64,000 nt of DNA, taken from the NCBI GenBank assembly GCA_973895155.1, contig OZ316893.1, positions 682,860 through 746,859 of the forward strand, given 5' to 3'. The notes under the pieces were generated by a model. It searched no databases. It worked only from the letters and a program-made list of their open reading frames with translations, and was not told the origin of the DNA. Source of the DNA: Marsupella aquatica (taxonomy: Eukaryota; Plantae; Marchantiophyta). Positions 24,101 to 37,377 of this stretch are shown here, piece by piece; position 1 is the first letter of the stretch; the number at the start of each line of letters is the position of its first letter. The position numbers and the translations under genes are program-made.

Positions 24101-25464
24101 AGGAAGTTCATGGGCATGCTAGCGAAGGGGGAGTGGAGTCGGATTTGCGCGTGGGCTCTGCGCTGGTTCACATGTATGCAGAGAGTGGCAGTATCGAGGA
24201 CGCCCGAGTTGTTTTTGACAGAATGGAGAAACGGGATGTAGTCACATGGACTGTAATGATCGGTGGACTTGCACAACATGGATGTGGACATGAAGCATAT
24301 CGACTGTTTCTCCAAATGAGACTTGAAGGCTTCGAACCAGACGCAATCACTTATGTGAGCATCCTGAATGCATCTGCAAGTGCGGGGGCTTTGGAGTGGG
24401 TGACGGAGATACATCGTCACGCTACCAGTGCAGGACTGGAGTCAGATTTGCGTGTGGGCAATGCGATGGTTCACATGTATGCAGAGAGTGGTAGTATAGA
24501 GGATGCCCGAGTTGTTTTTGACAGAATGGAGAAACGGGATATAGTCACCTGGAATGTAATGATCGGTGGACTTGCACAACATGGATGTGGGAATGAAGCC
24601 GTGGATATCTTTAAAAAAATGACCGCAGACGGTGTGAAGCCCGACAGTTATTCTTTCGTGGCAGTATTGTCAGCCTGTTGTCATGGGGGCCTTGTTGATG
24701 ACGGCCGTAAACTGTTTTTAGCAATGAGGCAAGATTATGGGATCGAGCCCGACGTTGTGCATTTTACGTGCATGGTGGACCTTCTTGGGCGGGCTGGACA
24801 TTTGGAGGAAGCAAAGCTCTTCATGAGTGACATGCTAGTGGAACCAGATGATGTAACTTGGAAAGCCTTCCTTGGGGCTTGTAGAACTTACGGTAATGTG
24901 GAGTTGGGCGAAGTTGCTGCCAACGAGCTTCTGAAGTTAGGTCCCAATGATGCTTCTGTGTATGTGCTCCTCTCCAACATCTATGCTGCAGCTGGCAAAT
25001 GGGAGAAGAAGTCATTGGTGCGCACCATGATGCAAAGGAGACGTGTTTGGAAGGTGCCAGGACGTAGCTGGATTGAAGTCGACAAGAAAATCCATAAATT
25101 TGTTGTAGGGGATAGATCTCACCCAGAAGCGAAGGCAATATATGCTGAGCTCAATAAATTGACGGAAAAACTAAAGGCTGAAGGCTACATTGCGGATACC
25201 CGACTTGTGTTGCATGATATGAATGAGGAGGATAAAGAACTAGCTCTTTGCTCTCATAGTGAGAAGTTGGCTATTGCTTACGGACTTATGCACATACCTC
25301 AGGGGAAACCAATTCGGATATGGAAGAACCTTCGGGTGTGTTCAGATTGCCATACTGCAACCAAGTTTATCTCCAAGGTGACTGGACGCGAGATTATAGC
25401 CAGGGATGCCAATCGCTTTCACCATTTTAAAGATGGCATATGTTCTTGTGGCGATTACTGGTGA
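21197..25464 (+). CDS. PLS-class PPR-DYW protein copy 1 (23 PPR motifs + E1/E2 + DYW; ~1140 aa; exons 21197-21243, 21337-21404, 21969-22072, 22261-25464)
   Basis: P/L/S repeats, PG box PGRSWIEV, HSEKLA, CSDCH and terminal DYW. Upstream exons are inferred from GT-AG sites and open frames conserved in the paralogs. The total of 3423 nt is in frame. Confidence 0.9.
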
Positions 25465-26745
25465 CCAGATTGAATGTTGTGTTCGAAAGTGACTCGAAAA
25501 CAGTACTCACTCATCCCCGTTTATTGTTCTGTTCCAATCTGTCCTCCAATATGCGCATCTGTCTTTCTGTTCCAATCTGTGTTGCCCAAGAAATCAATGA
25601 TGTCTGGTACTTCAATAGACAGATGCGGCAAATGGAATTTACCCCTCTAACGCAAATTCACACTATATCGAAGTCAAGTAAAGAATAATTAATCACACGT
25701 ATTTGGCAATTTTGAAAAGATTGTGAAAGATAGACAGGAGAGGGGATACATAAGAAGGGAGCTGGCCCCATTTGGTAGTGTCTATTTCTACCTTACCATC
25801 AATTTCCCAAGAACGTCGGGAGTGGCCATAGTATTTGCGTTGTTCGTCATGAGCAGTGGTCCTAAAGAGGTGTGTAATTAAGGTGTCATTGTCCTTATTG
25901 CATTTGTTTTAATGTCAGTGTTCCATGTATGGTTATTTCGATTACTCAACTGCCATGTGTCTCACGCTGATTGCGTGGAATTTCTGTCGAGATGGTTTCC
26001 CTTTGCCATTGTTAATATTTTCTAGAGCAGTCTGGTGATGGACAGTGCTGACAAAAGACAAGACAAAAGAGATCACATGCCCACACGTTCTCATTGCTAA
26101 CCTTGGTTTGTCTTTGGTTATCTATATGTTAAAATAGTGGCAGACAGCAAATCAATAGAGATAGTGAAAATATTGCAATTATGCACATCTTTAGTGACAT
26201 TAGACCTATTTGCAAACTCATATGTATTGGTGCAAGATTTGAAAATCTTTATTACATCAATTTCATTGCCAAAAATCATTCCAGATATTTTGTTTCGTGG
26301 TGCTTTTGTCATGTCGTGCCATGTTTTGTCAAGAAAGAGGCATGCCTGGTTAAGCTAGTTTACAGATAGGTTCAATTGCTGTCCAAAGAGTCACCAAGTG
26401 AAGCACAAGTCTACGGATAGGTTTAGTGTTTTTAAAAACTGTTATAACTTGCTTCAAGTTTATGATGTTATGTGAGAGCCTGTTCATATTAGTAGCCTGA
26501 TTGCACTTTCTTTGATTTAATTAGAGGCCAGGAGCAAAAGAGCATTGTGAAAAAATAGGTTCTTTAGTGTAGTAAGAACAGTTTATTAAAAATAGGAAGG
26601 GAAACCCTGCTTGAGAAACGTTATCAATCAAAATGGCTCAAGCTAGGGAAAACCCGCCATTTAATTCCAATGGTAGAAAATTTAAAATAAGGACATACCA
26701 TACTTTCTACTATGCGTAGATGTCAATATGACATACAATAGTCCA

Positions 26746-26815
26746 GAGAGACATGGCTCTGTGGTAACTCACTTGAGTGGAGATTGAGAGGTCTTGGGTT
26801 CAACTATTGTGACTA
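26746..26815 (+). other. Degenerate tRNA-like / SINE-head sequence
   Basis: A-box-like TGGCTCTGTGG and B-box-like GAGGTCTTGGGTTCAA at tRNA-like spacing. No convincing cloverleaf. Confidence 0.3.
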
Positions 26816-27383
26816 GCTGTTCCCTTTCTCTGGGGTTTTGCAAATTTCCCTTTAAAAATTATGGCATACAGCAACAGAATGCCATCTGACAGCCACCACT
26901 AATTAGTCCACTTCAGAGTACTACACATTATCCTTGAATGTCTTGAAGCGCTTTCAACATGGAACAGTGCAAGCAACCAAAACCAACAACTGCATCAAAT
27001 GCAAATACAAACCACCTAGAATGATGGAATTCAACGCAAGGGTGGTGTACTTGGTGGAATGAGCAATGCAACCCTCTTCAAATGTATTCCAAATGCTAAA
27101 TGCATAGCAAGTGCTCAAAGATGTCAACAGTCAAGGTATGAGTAACCATCAAGTTTATTCCTGAAATGGTAGTCAAATAATAATAATATTCCTGCTCGAC
27201 CAGTTCATATCATGAAAACGCACCCTCAGGATTCTTTCTTAATCACTAAGTCATTGTCTATCACTTCTCAACTTGGTAGGCTGCTTACATGGAGAGCGAG
27301 AGAGCATTGATGAAATTATTTGTCCGTCTTGCATCTTAACAAATCCCAGCCCGTTGAAGTGACGGGCAACTTGCCAAGTCGGG

Positions 27384-27738
27384 CACGTCAACTCGTCACT
27401 TGCCGGCGGAAATCGATCCAAATGTCGGATATTCCCTGTATTCCCCGGCCCGGCCTGGGCCGGGTGTGGAGCCGGGGCAGGGGTCCGGGGCAGGGCAGGA
27501 TACGGGAGTACCCGGTTTGAGCTGACAGAAAGGCCAGGGTCGGGGCCGGGGCCGGGACAGGCCGGGGTCAGGCCAGGATAGGCCGTGCCGGATCGGGCCG
27601 GGTTGGGTCGGGCCGTGCCAGGAGTGATGCCGGGAGCTGCAGGGAAAGGCCGGCTCGGGCCGGGACGGGAAGGGCCGGGAAGTCGAGATCGGGTGGCCGG
27701 GATGGTCTGGGTGACGAGTTCTTGGTTGACGGACTCTA
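27384..27738. repeat. GC-rich GGGCC/CCGGG-repeat island, probable DNA-transposon (hAT/MITE-like) end remnant
   Basis: Dense GGGCCGGG motifs at 27445-27705, bracketed by inverted AACTCGTCAC / GTGACGAGTT. No complete TIR pair or TSD seen. Confidence 0.4.
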
Positions 27739-27987
27739 AAGCCTCTATTTGTCCACTAGAGTTAAGTTACTGAAGTCTGGGGTACTTGCACATCTATGTT
27801 CCCCTCAGAGGAATCTGACACCTTTGCAAAGACGTGCTCAGGCTGCAGATCGAACGTCCTTTGGGACAAACCCTATCAAAACTGTAGACTATCCATGGAG
27901 CTGCCATGATTCTATGAAGGAGTCAGGCAAATTCTTTGCCCTGGCACGTCAGCCAAGATTTAGAACCTATGATCGACAGATTAAGCT

Positions 27988-28137
27988 CAATAAGTTTAGA
28001 ACGGTACGAGGCGAATCGAGTGGTCGGACAATCCATGTATGTTCTACTTCAATGATCTGCAATAAGTCTAGAGCGGTACGAGGCGAATCAATCAAGTCGT
28101 CGGACAATCCCTGTATGTACTACTTCAATGATCTGCA
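27988..28137. repeat. ~72-76 bp tandem duplication
   Basis: CAATAAGT.TAGA.CGGTACGAGGCGAATC...TACTTCAATGATCTGC occurs twice. Confidence 0.85.
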
Positions 28138-29865
28138 GGTGTAGAGTCTGCAACATGCAAAGATACAACGGAAGGCTTTGCAATTGGGTAAGACTTTAGA
28201 TTCATGAATCCTGTACATTGATCACTTTGATTCCCTTTTTGTCTCTCTCCCTCCCTAGACAGTTCCATGTACAGATCTTATGGAGTTATCACTAATACCC
28301 CCGTAAATAACTTACACCTGCAGTGCTATTGATTTCTTAGAGAAGGGCCAAATAACTTAGGGACAATCAGGTTTGCTCAAAATAGATATATGAATGAATT
28401 TTTTTTATTATTGCCTGGGACAAAATTGTATGTAGTGTTTGTGAAACTTTACAATAGATGGATCAATTCTTGACTATGATCCCTTGACTACAACGGTCTC
28501 GACTATCTCAGCTCATGATAAACTCTCCCAAATCTTGGCTTGGAGTGACAGACTATCTACAAGGAATGGCTAATGTTTAAGCTGGACTAGTGGACTAGTC
28601 CGACATTAGGGTAAAAAGTCCTCAAAAGAATTCAGATTCGAGCTTGAATTCCCTCTGCTCATTCCAAGCACAAAACTAACGGATTTAGATCTAGATGAAT
28701 GAATCACATTTGAATCTCCAGAATCTTCAATTCTTTCTAGGGTCAGTTTCCATAACGAGCTGAACTATGACGATAAAGCCAGATGATTTCCCTGGGTGCC
28801 CTCTAATTATCATTTGAGCTTCGCCCTGCAAAGACAAATGAATGAAAACATCAGTGGGAAGACAAAGGATACATGTTCAGGAAACTCTACCGATCGAGAT
28901 CAAATATGGTAAAATCAAACAGTTAAATGTAGAAAGAAGCAACTGGATTAAAGTTCTTCTTCGCAGTTGCCAGAAAAGCTTCAACATTCTATTTTCTCTG
29001 CTCATTTGTCGGCAAGCTTTGTTCAAACTCGTAAGGGAAGGACAAGGTAGTGACTCACAACTGACAATTGAGAGTGTTTCTGGCCCTTCCACGGGGAGAG
29101 TAAAGAGTTTCATAACCAGCACGTTAAGGAAACAACAGACAGAATTCTTATCAGCTGCGGATATCAATTGCAGTAATGCCACTCCGCTAGCGGAAAATGA
29201 ACAGGCAAACTCTCAAGAAAGATCTGGTGAGAGCAGATCAGTCATGGCGAGGAAAGAATTTGCAGTAGCTTGAATACACTCTTCTTGGATTTTACAGGAC
29301 TAACTCTGCAAACACTTGATTTCTTCTTGCTATCCTTTACATTTTATGCCAATCTATCCGGGCGAATTGACTGAATCCCTGGTTGGGTGGTTCAGCTATC
29401 TTTTCCCAAGTTCAGGGGCCCCACCTTGACAATGAAATTGCCAATGTGTTCTTTCAGTGGCCCCAATGTCATTTTTGTTTCCATGGGCCCCACCGTCAGA
29501 GTGACAGTGACGATGGTCCATTTGAGATCAGTCCTACGTCCATTTCTGCTCTGGAATGATTTGGATGGCCCGTGGTTAGGTGTAGGACAATATTGAATGG
29601 CCATCCTCACCTAAAGTCACCCTAAGTAGCAATTAGATCTATATCTAGGGTGGTTTCAAGACCTTGGGCACTTGTGACTTTTTTTCTCCAAAACAAACTG
29701 AAGGGACTTAGTCTAAACATACCCTCCAGACCAAACATCTTTTGAAATGAACTTGTAAAATGCAACCCCTTGAATGATGAAGGAACCAAAGTTTGGAAAT
29801 GCTGCGACCACTTCTTGAGATGGTCTAATATCTAGACAATACAAGCGCCTCGCACGAAATAGAAC

Positions 29866-29985
29866 TCCACTGGTCATGTACAGTAGGACCAGCAAGAAGT
29901 CCAGAAGTCCACTGGTTACCATGTACAGTAGGATCAGTAAGAAGTCCAGAAGTCCACTGGCTACCATGTACAGTGGGAGCAGTAG
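29866..29985. repeat. 42-45 bp tandem repeat x ~2.6
   Basis: CCACTGG..CATGTACAGTAGGA.CAG.AAGAAGTCCAGAAGT units. Confidence 0.85.
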
Positions 29986-30383
29986 ACACCGCACCTAAAC
30001 GGGCAAAGCTGGGGCTCTTCCACTCATTATAGATGGGCTTTGCCACTCAGTATAGCGTTGAGATTTATTCTGAGGGGGAATAAAATGAAGAAAATGGCTA
30101 TACCTGAATGGGCCTTGTAAAGCCACCCTTAGTCAACAGGAACCTCTCTTGACAAAGGCTAACCATACCTGAATAGGTCCTGAGTTCTCGAAAAGCTACT
30201 GTAATTGTAGCCGTTTTCGCTCATTCTGCCACATTGCAGGATCTCAAAGCTCCGCTCACAGAATAGCCATCGCCGATGGTAAACGTATGGGCCTCCATGA
30301 TCAACTAAACAGCGAAAACACATTGTTTCTGGACTGCCAATGAGTACTCCTTTGCAAACAGCGCAACACAGCTTTCATTGTGG

Positions 30384-33300
30384 TCACCAGTAATCCCCAC
30401 AAGAACATACGCCATCTTTAAAATGGTGAAAGCGATTGGCATCCCTGGCTATAATCTCGCGTCCGCTCACTTTAGAAATAAACTTGGTTGCTGTATGGCA
30501 ATCTGAACACACCCGAAGGTTCTTCCATACACGAATTGACTTTCCCCCAGGTATGTGCATAAGTCCGTAAGCAATAGCCAACTTCTCACTATGAGAGCAA
30601 AGGGCGAGTTCTTTGTCCTCCTCATCAATATTCTGCAACACAAGCTGGGTATCGGGAATATAGCCTTCAGCCTTCAGCTTTTCAGTCAATTTATTCAGCT
30701 CCGTATATATCGCCTTCGCTTCTGGGTGGGATGTATCACCTACAATAAACTCATGGATCTTGTTGTCAACTTCAATCCAGCTACGCCCTGGCTCCTTCCG
30801 AATACCTCTCGCTCGCATCAGGGTGCGCACCCATGACACCTTCTCCCACTTGCCAGCTGCTGCATAGATGTTGGAGAGAAGCACATATGCAGATGCATCA
30901 TTGGGTTCCAACTTGAAAACCTCTTTAGCGGCAAGTTCACCCAACTCCACATTACCATAAGTTCTGCAAGCCCCAAGCAACGCTTTCCAAGTTACTCCAT
31001 CTGGTTCAACTGGCATGTCACGAATGAAAAGTTTTGCTTCCTCCAAGTGTCCAGCCCGCCCAAGAAGATCCACTATGCAAGTATAATGCACAATGTCAGG
31101 CTCGATGCCATAATCTTGCGTCATGGCTAAAAAGAGTCTACGGCCGTCATCAAGAAGGCCTCCATGACAACAGGCTGACAACACTGCTATGAATGTAGTC
31201 CCGTTCGGCTTCACAAGGTCCGCATTCATTTTCATGAAGACTCCCAGGGCTTCATGCCCACAACCATGCTGTGCAAGCCCGCCGATCATTATATTCCAGG
31301 TGACTACGTCGCGTTTGTCGATTCGGTCGAAAACTAGTCGTGCGTCATCTATACTGCCACTCTTTGCATACATGTGAACAAGTGCAGCGCCCACACGCAA
31401 ATCCGACTCCAGTCCCGCTTCCCTAGCATCGGCATGAACTTCCTTCACCCACTCCAAAGCCCCCGCACTTGCAGATGCATTCAGGATGCTCGTGTAAGTG
31501 AATGCATCTGGTTCTAAACCTTCCCATCTCATTCGCCTGAACAGTCGATATGCTTCATGCCCACATCCATGTTGTGCAAGTCCACCGATCATTGTATTCC
31601 ATGTGACTACATCGCGTTTCTCCATTCTGTCAAAAACTCGTCGGGCGTCATCTATACTGCCACTCTGTGCATATATGTGAACCAGTGCATTGCCCACACG
31701 CAAATCTGACTCCAGTCCCGCTTTGCTAGCATGGCCATGAACCTCCTTCACCCACTCCAAATCCCCCGAAGTTGCAGATGCATTTAGGATGCTCGCATAC
31801 GTGATTGCATTTGGTTTAAAGCCTTCACGTCTCATTTCGAGAAACAGTCGAAATGCTTCATGCCCGCATCCATGTTGTGCAAGTGCACCGATCATTACGG
31901 TCCATGTGATGACATCTCGATTGCTCAAACTTTCAAAAACTTGCCTTGCCTCCATTATGCACCCGCACTTCGCATACATCTTAAGGAGGGCAGTCCCTAC
32001 ACGCATATCTGACTCAAAGCCGGCATGTCGAATAACCTGATGAATTTCTTTTCCCCAATTGAGAGCTAATGGGCTTGAACATGCATTCAGGATGCTCAGA
32101 TATGTGATCTCATTAGGCTCCACACCTTCTTGGCGCATTTGATTGAAAAGTTCTAGCGCAGATTGAGCATAGCCACTCTTAGCGTATCCTGCAATCATGT
32201 TTGTCCAAGTGATGACACTCTTCTTCTGAAGCTGATCAAAAACTCTACGTGCATCCAACAATCCTCCGGACTTGATATACACATTCAACAGCGTGACCGC
32301 CACATATGGATTCTTATCAATTCCACTCTCGATGATGCAATCATGAATTTGCTTGGCTGCTGAAAGGTCTTTTTGTTGCAAGCACATTTGTAGAACTTTA
32401 ACATACGTCTGCGAGTCTACAGTAATGCCTCGTTGTAGACGATCTTTCACAACCACAATCGTTTCACTCGTGGTACCAGCATCATGCATATGCCTACTGC
32501 CATTCCCTTCTGACCAATCTCTCGCGCAATAAGTAACATGAGATTGAAATCTGCAGTGAGTCATCAAATTCGCCCTTGCCTTAACGCATGCTCGAGTTGA
32601 CCATCCATCCACCCAAAGAGCTTCCCTTGTCATCTTATCATTGAACTCATGCGCTCGGGGCTTCCTCTGTCAGTACCACAATCCACAATCAGATCTGCAA
32701 AGCCTGACTGATACCAGGAGATTCCACGAGGTGCAATGAACTTGCACTGATTTCTTGAGGACTGTATTTCACAATGATCTTTCTACAATGAAATGTTCAG
32801 AAATAGATAGCAGACCGTAAGTCTCTCCAGTCCTGCGGCTAGGCAGCATGCCTACCTCCGTCCAAAGACGTATTTTCTTGTCTTCCTTGCTCTGCTGTGA
32901 TCTTTGGTACAGATAACTTGCAAAAGTTGTACGACTCCTTTTCAACTGAGAGTAACGGCGATCTGTCAACAATCCAACGATCTGAGAATAGATTACTGAA
33001 ATAATTGTGAAATGCACATCCAGGTACCTCAAGTATCAATAAGCTCGTTCATACTATGGTATTTCACCGAAACCATAGAAAGGACAGAGTCAAGAGCGTA
33101 TCGAATTGGCACTAAGAAACTTCATCAAGCAGACAAATGTTGTCCTTGGGTTGTGTATAGGATAGACTCTGAGGGCACCTTGACAGGCGATGATAACCCA
33201 AGGATATGCGATACACAAACCATACTCTCAGGTTTTTGAGCAGAGACTGCAACTCAGAAATAAAGCCCAGCCAGCATCTGAAGATTGGCTCTATAGAATC

Positions 33301-33862
33301 CTTTGTGCTTAGTTAGACACAGATGACATGAATGTGAAAGCACTCCCCCTCCCTCTCCTACAATTCAGAAATACGGCCTATCCAGCATTATTTGGATTGG
33401 CTCTACAGAGTTCATAGAAAGTCAACACACATGACTTGGACCCTAAACCCTAAACCCCCACTCCCCCTCCATCGCTGTGATTCTTTGGAGATGAAAAAAC
33501 AAACAAACTTGAAATTGATGTCAAGTCTTCATCGCTTACGGCTCGTTAGCAGGAAATTCATGCAACTGTAACTGTCACACCCTGGTGCTGGGATATGGGT
33601 TTTTGCTTCAAAGTAAGTAATCACAACTTTGAAATCGCTCTTCAGTCTCAGTACCTGAAGGCCTTGTACATGAACATTGTTTGATGCCAATACCAATCGA
33701 ACCGGAAGATGAAGGACGAACTCTGCAAATCAAACGTCTTCGTTGAGAATGTATACAAGGTGGCTTGGTCACATCATAATCCAACAAAATGACATGCATA
33801 CAGAATTAATCATACCTCGCTGTCGAGTGTTGCGGAAAACGGTCCATATCCCAAATTTCCAT
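30384..33862 (-). CDS. PLS-class PPR-DYW protein copy 2 (14 PPR motifs + E1/E2 + DYW; ~834 aa; exons 33862-33816, 33722-33655, 32962-32856, 32666-30384)
   Basis: Intact PPR-E-DYW ORF (HSEKLA, CSDCH, DYW). Upstream exons of 47, 68 and 107 nt have GT-AG sites in frame (MEIWDMDRFPQHSTAR...). Confidence 0.9.
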
Positions 33863-35285
33863 CGAGTCGGTTTAGTTCCCGTGCCGGGAATAGAGAGCTT
33901 AATGGTAGATTTGTGAGCAATATTATCTTACCTCTTTGACAAACGTTCAAATCAGTCTAAGTAGTGCAATCTTGTAGAGCCCTCCAATTTCAAGTCTCAT
34001 CTTTCCTTCCCCTTGGACTAAGGAACAAAACTTCACTAGGGGAAGGCTCTGTTGGGGAAACTTTCCCCGGGCAGAGGAATCTCAGCTCAACGTAACAGAT
34101 GGACGTACCCCTAGAACACTGCTCCAGGATCCTTTTCTCCTGTACAGAATCAAGAATTGCTGTACTCTTGTACGAATTATCCCAGCTTTGCCATCCCAAA
34201 CTTGAGAATCAAAACGACAGGTTTTGAAAGGAAAAAGTATGAGAATTTCTTCCTTTCAAATCCCAACGCAACCACCGCCATACCTGCACATTGCCCTTTG
34301 AAAATCTTTGGCACAAGTGCTCTTGTTTATCACCCTCCAAGAAAGAATCCTGTCGAACCCAAGTATCCTGCATACCAAATGAAAAATTGATGACATTTCT
34401 TCCAAGAAGAACTTGTGTACGAGTGATATGCAGACCGTGTAAGTAGCATATTGGGCAGGCTCGACAATTCATTTCAGAACGACAAGTTGAAGCAAGTGGG
34501 CACACAATTGATGTGGATTGTGATGGGAAATTAAAAAAGGGTCACAAACGTACGTATCCCTTAAAGTTTGAAATGCCTGAGAAAAAGGCCAAATGCACAT
34601 AATTGCAGGCAGCAGGATTGAGCCAGGATGGGGAGACGAAAATGTATCCCGTGCTGAATAGGGTTGAAACGCAGAAGAACATCGAGTATATCTGGGGCTT
34701 AACTAGGAGTTCTCTGTCCAAAGAACATCGCGAGAGGCCGTGTAAAAGAGGTAACGCGAACCTAATACGGATCACTGGATTCGTCAGCATGCAGCTACAT
34801 ACAGCTCGGTACCAGCTCCACGAAAAGCAACTTACGCAACATTAAATAAAGAGCCACGACGAGTAATTCTTCGCAGATTGCAAATGCTACGAGCACTGCT
34901 GGCTTGCGACAGCCCAGGATTAGGGATAGCCACCAGGGATCTCTTGAATTCATGTAGAGATCTTGGTGGCGAGGAGGAGGAACCCTGAGAAGGCGGCACT
35001 GTTAAACCTGATCTGTAACTCGCATTTTCTCGCACAAACCTTGATCTGTCACTTGCAATCCAGCTGGAATGAAAGCTAAGTGAGCTGAGCTATACCAAAT
35101 CAGAACTGCGAGTCGACTGGGGGTCATTTGCCTCCCGTGTTAACAACAGTTTCCTCAAAACAGTGTTGTTGGTGATCTAATTGAGGTAAGGTAGAGGACT
35201 TCAGGATGACGGCGTGAGGATTCTCAGTACAGTAGCCACAATGGTCTGCATCACTCAGAGAAAACTTGACTCAAAATCAGCCTAT
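33863..35285 (-). promoter_or_regulatory. Conserved upstream block of PPR copy 2
   Basis: Reverse-complement homolog of the block before copies 1, 3 and 4. Homology ends near the non-LTR element. Confidence 0.65.
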
Positions 35286-35349
35286 GCTGACGGTACATCC
35301 AGAGTTCGGGAGCTACCTCAAGAGGCCTACATGTAAAAGTACTGTATGC

Positions 35350-37375
35350 CCATGGCAACCCACTCAAATAAAACCAGGCCCGTGACCAAGGAGAGCTTCC
35401 TCACATGGCAACCCATTCAACTGAAACAGGTCTATGGTATATATCAAACTGCCAAAGAGCAGGAGGCGCTGAACCGGGAGACATGAACCCACAGGCCAAA
35501 AAACCCAATCAAGGGAAAACAAGAAAAAAGGCCAAAAGGCCAAAGAGCAAAAACAAAAAAGACCAGGCACAAGCCCAGCCCAAGGAGAACAAAGGACACA
35601 CAAACCTAAAGACTACCCAACGGCAAAGTGAAGGGCCTGATAAAGCTCCGTCGTGAACTGCATAGGGGGGTCAAGCAATGGAATCCGACTAGATGCCCGG
35701 ACTCCAACCGCCTCGCCTCTACGAAGGATAGTGAAGGCCTATGCACGCTGAAGTGCAATGGACACCCTCTGTCTAAAAAAGGATGTGATAACAGAGACTG
35801 GTGGATAAGGCCGCCGCTCGACATAATGAACCGCACAGGAGCGCAAGAACTGGTCAAAAGTCGGGTGCAACGCTCCAAAGACCTCCACGGCAAACGGGTA
35901 GAAAAGGTCCCCTGGGTAACGCGTAGCATAAGCCTCCTCCTTGAGGCGAGCAGCCCTCGTGGCAGCATGACCTGGGATGTGGGCAGCGGACGCCAAATTG
36001 GCTCCACTAGTGGGGTCAGCAACAACCACATCCCCAAGGGCACAAACACCAGCGCGAGAGAAAACCAAATCGGCCCGACGCCTGTCCGGTACTCCATCCC
36101 AGTGGTAACACATGTCGTTGCTCCATCATAACATGATACCCAGAATCACGAGCGATGGCGGCTACCACATCCCGGATGTCATCGTGTGTCGCCGTCCGCT
36201 CACTACCATGACCACATCGTAGGATATGGATTCCCCCCTATCCAAGGGCGCTCCACAAACACATGTGGGTTGCCCAAGGAGGCATGGGTGGGGAAGACCA
36301 AGACGGAGGCGCATGGAAGTGGTGAAGACAAAAGAACTCATACGAAAGGGGGCCCACATTGGGCTCGCAGATAACCAAGCCCCCGAACCAACGCCCGAAC
36401 CGGATAAAAGACGCGCTCGAACCAAGTCAGAGGGTGCGTCGGAAAGCATGCTAGAAAGGGTGAATCGGTGCATGCGATCAGAGATCACCTGTTGAACTCG
36501 GTCGGGACTGTCCAAAATAACTCCCTCAAAAGCAGGGACCACGCTCTGCACATCCTCCGGTAATAAGGACCGGGCATGACGAAGCTGGATCTGAAAAGGG
36601 AGAGCTCCGTTCTCCACTCCCATGACCGAGTCAGAGAGGATAGGCCGAAGGTCCACAATGAAACGTGACGCCAAGGCGGGGGCCACCTGCGCCCAGCTGC
36701 CAAGAAACGCACAAGGAGCCTGCCTAGCCGCAAAAGAACCATCCTCTCCATCAAGGGCTCCAGGACCGATGAGGTGACCAAAGACCCGCATCACGGTGGT
36801 GTCAAAGGAAGAGAGCAAGGACAAAAACGCTAGGGTGGGGGGGACCGTCCGCAGAAGGTATGATGGTCGTCGAACAAAACACAAAACCAGAATCAAGAAG
36901 GCAATCTGGACATCCCCCAAAGCCACCAGCTGGTCAAGGTGCGCAACATCCTGGTCCAAGGCAGACTGTAGAAACTCCTGCTCAAAGGCCGTCCCCCCAA
37001 ACGGCACCCCAAGGGCCCAAATGCCATCATGTCTAATGGGGATATCAAGAGGGGGGGAGAATGAGTCCGGGAGAGGAAGACGGGACCAGACCCCACACTT
37101 CCTAGGCTGTACTGACAAACCAATAATGGCAAGCTGCTGAACAAAATGGATATAGGCATCTCCAAGAAGCAAGGCAGGAGCAACAATGTGAGTATCGTCA
37201 GCAACATAGGGGAACAAGCAACCTGGAAAAGCACCGGAAGATGCCCGGATGGCCCGAAGATGAGCCAAGGCAAACAATGCACCACCAAGGGGATCCCCCT
37301 GCCGGGTGCCGGACTCTGACATAATGGTGGAGTATGTCCCAGACGCCAGATGGTCAGAGTAGACCAAGGGGCCTT
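35350..37375 (-). mobile_element. 5'-truncated, degenerate RLE-type (CRE-like) non-LTR retrotransposon
   Basis: RT motifs GTRQGDPLG and YVADD, RARLLS...GAWL...RLRLG, a CVCG...H..C...HD zinc region, and the restriction-like endonuclease RRADLV...DVVV...K...PFAVEVFG...RQRVSIALQR. Frameshifts near 36235 and 36105; T-rich 3' UTR. Confidence 0.8.
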
Positions 37376-37377
37376 GC

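Noticed and set aside
22876-25138. Many antisense or alternate-frame ORFs over the PPR genes (also over copies 2-4, the copia pol and ORF 1142-3457)
   Set aside because: Shadow frames of repetitive coding sequence with no independent motifs.
28842-29273. 143-aa ORF between PPR copies 1 and 2
   Set aside because: No recognisable domain, splice support or paralog in the window.
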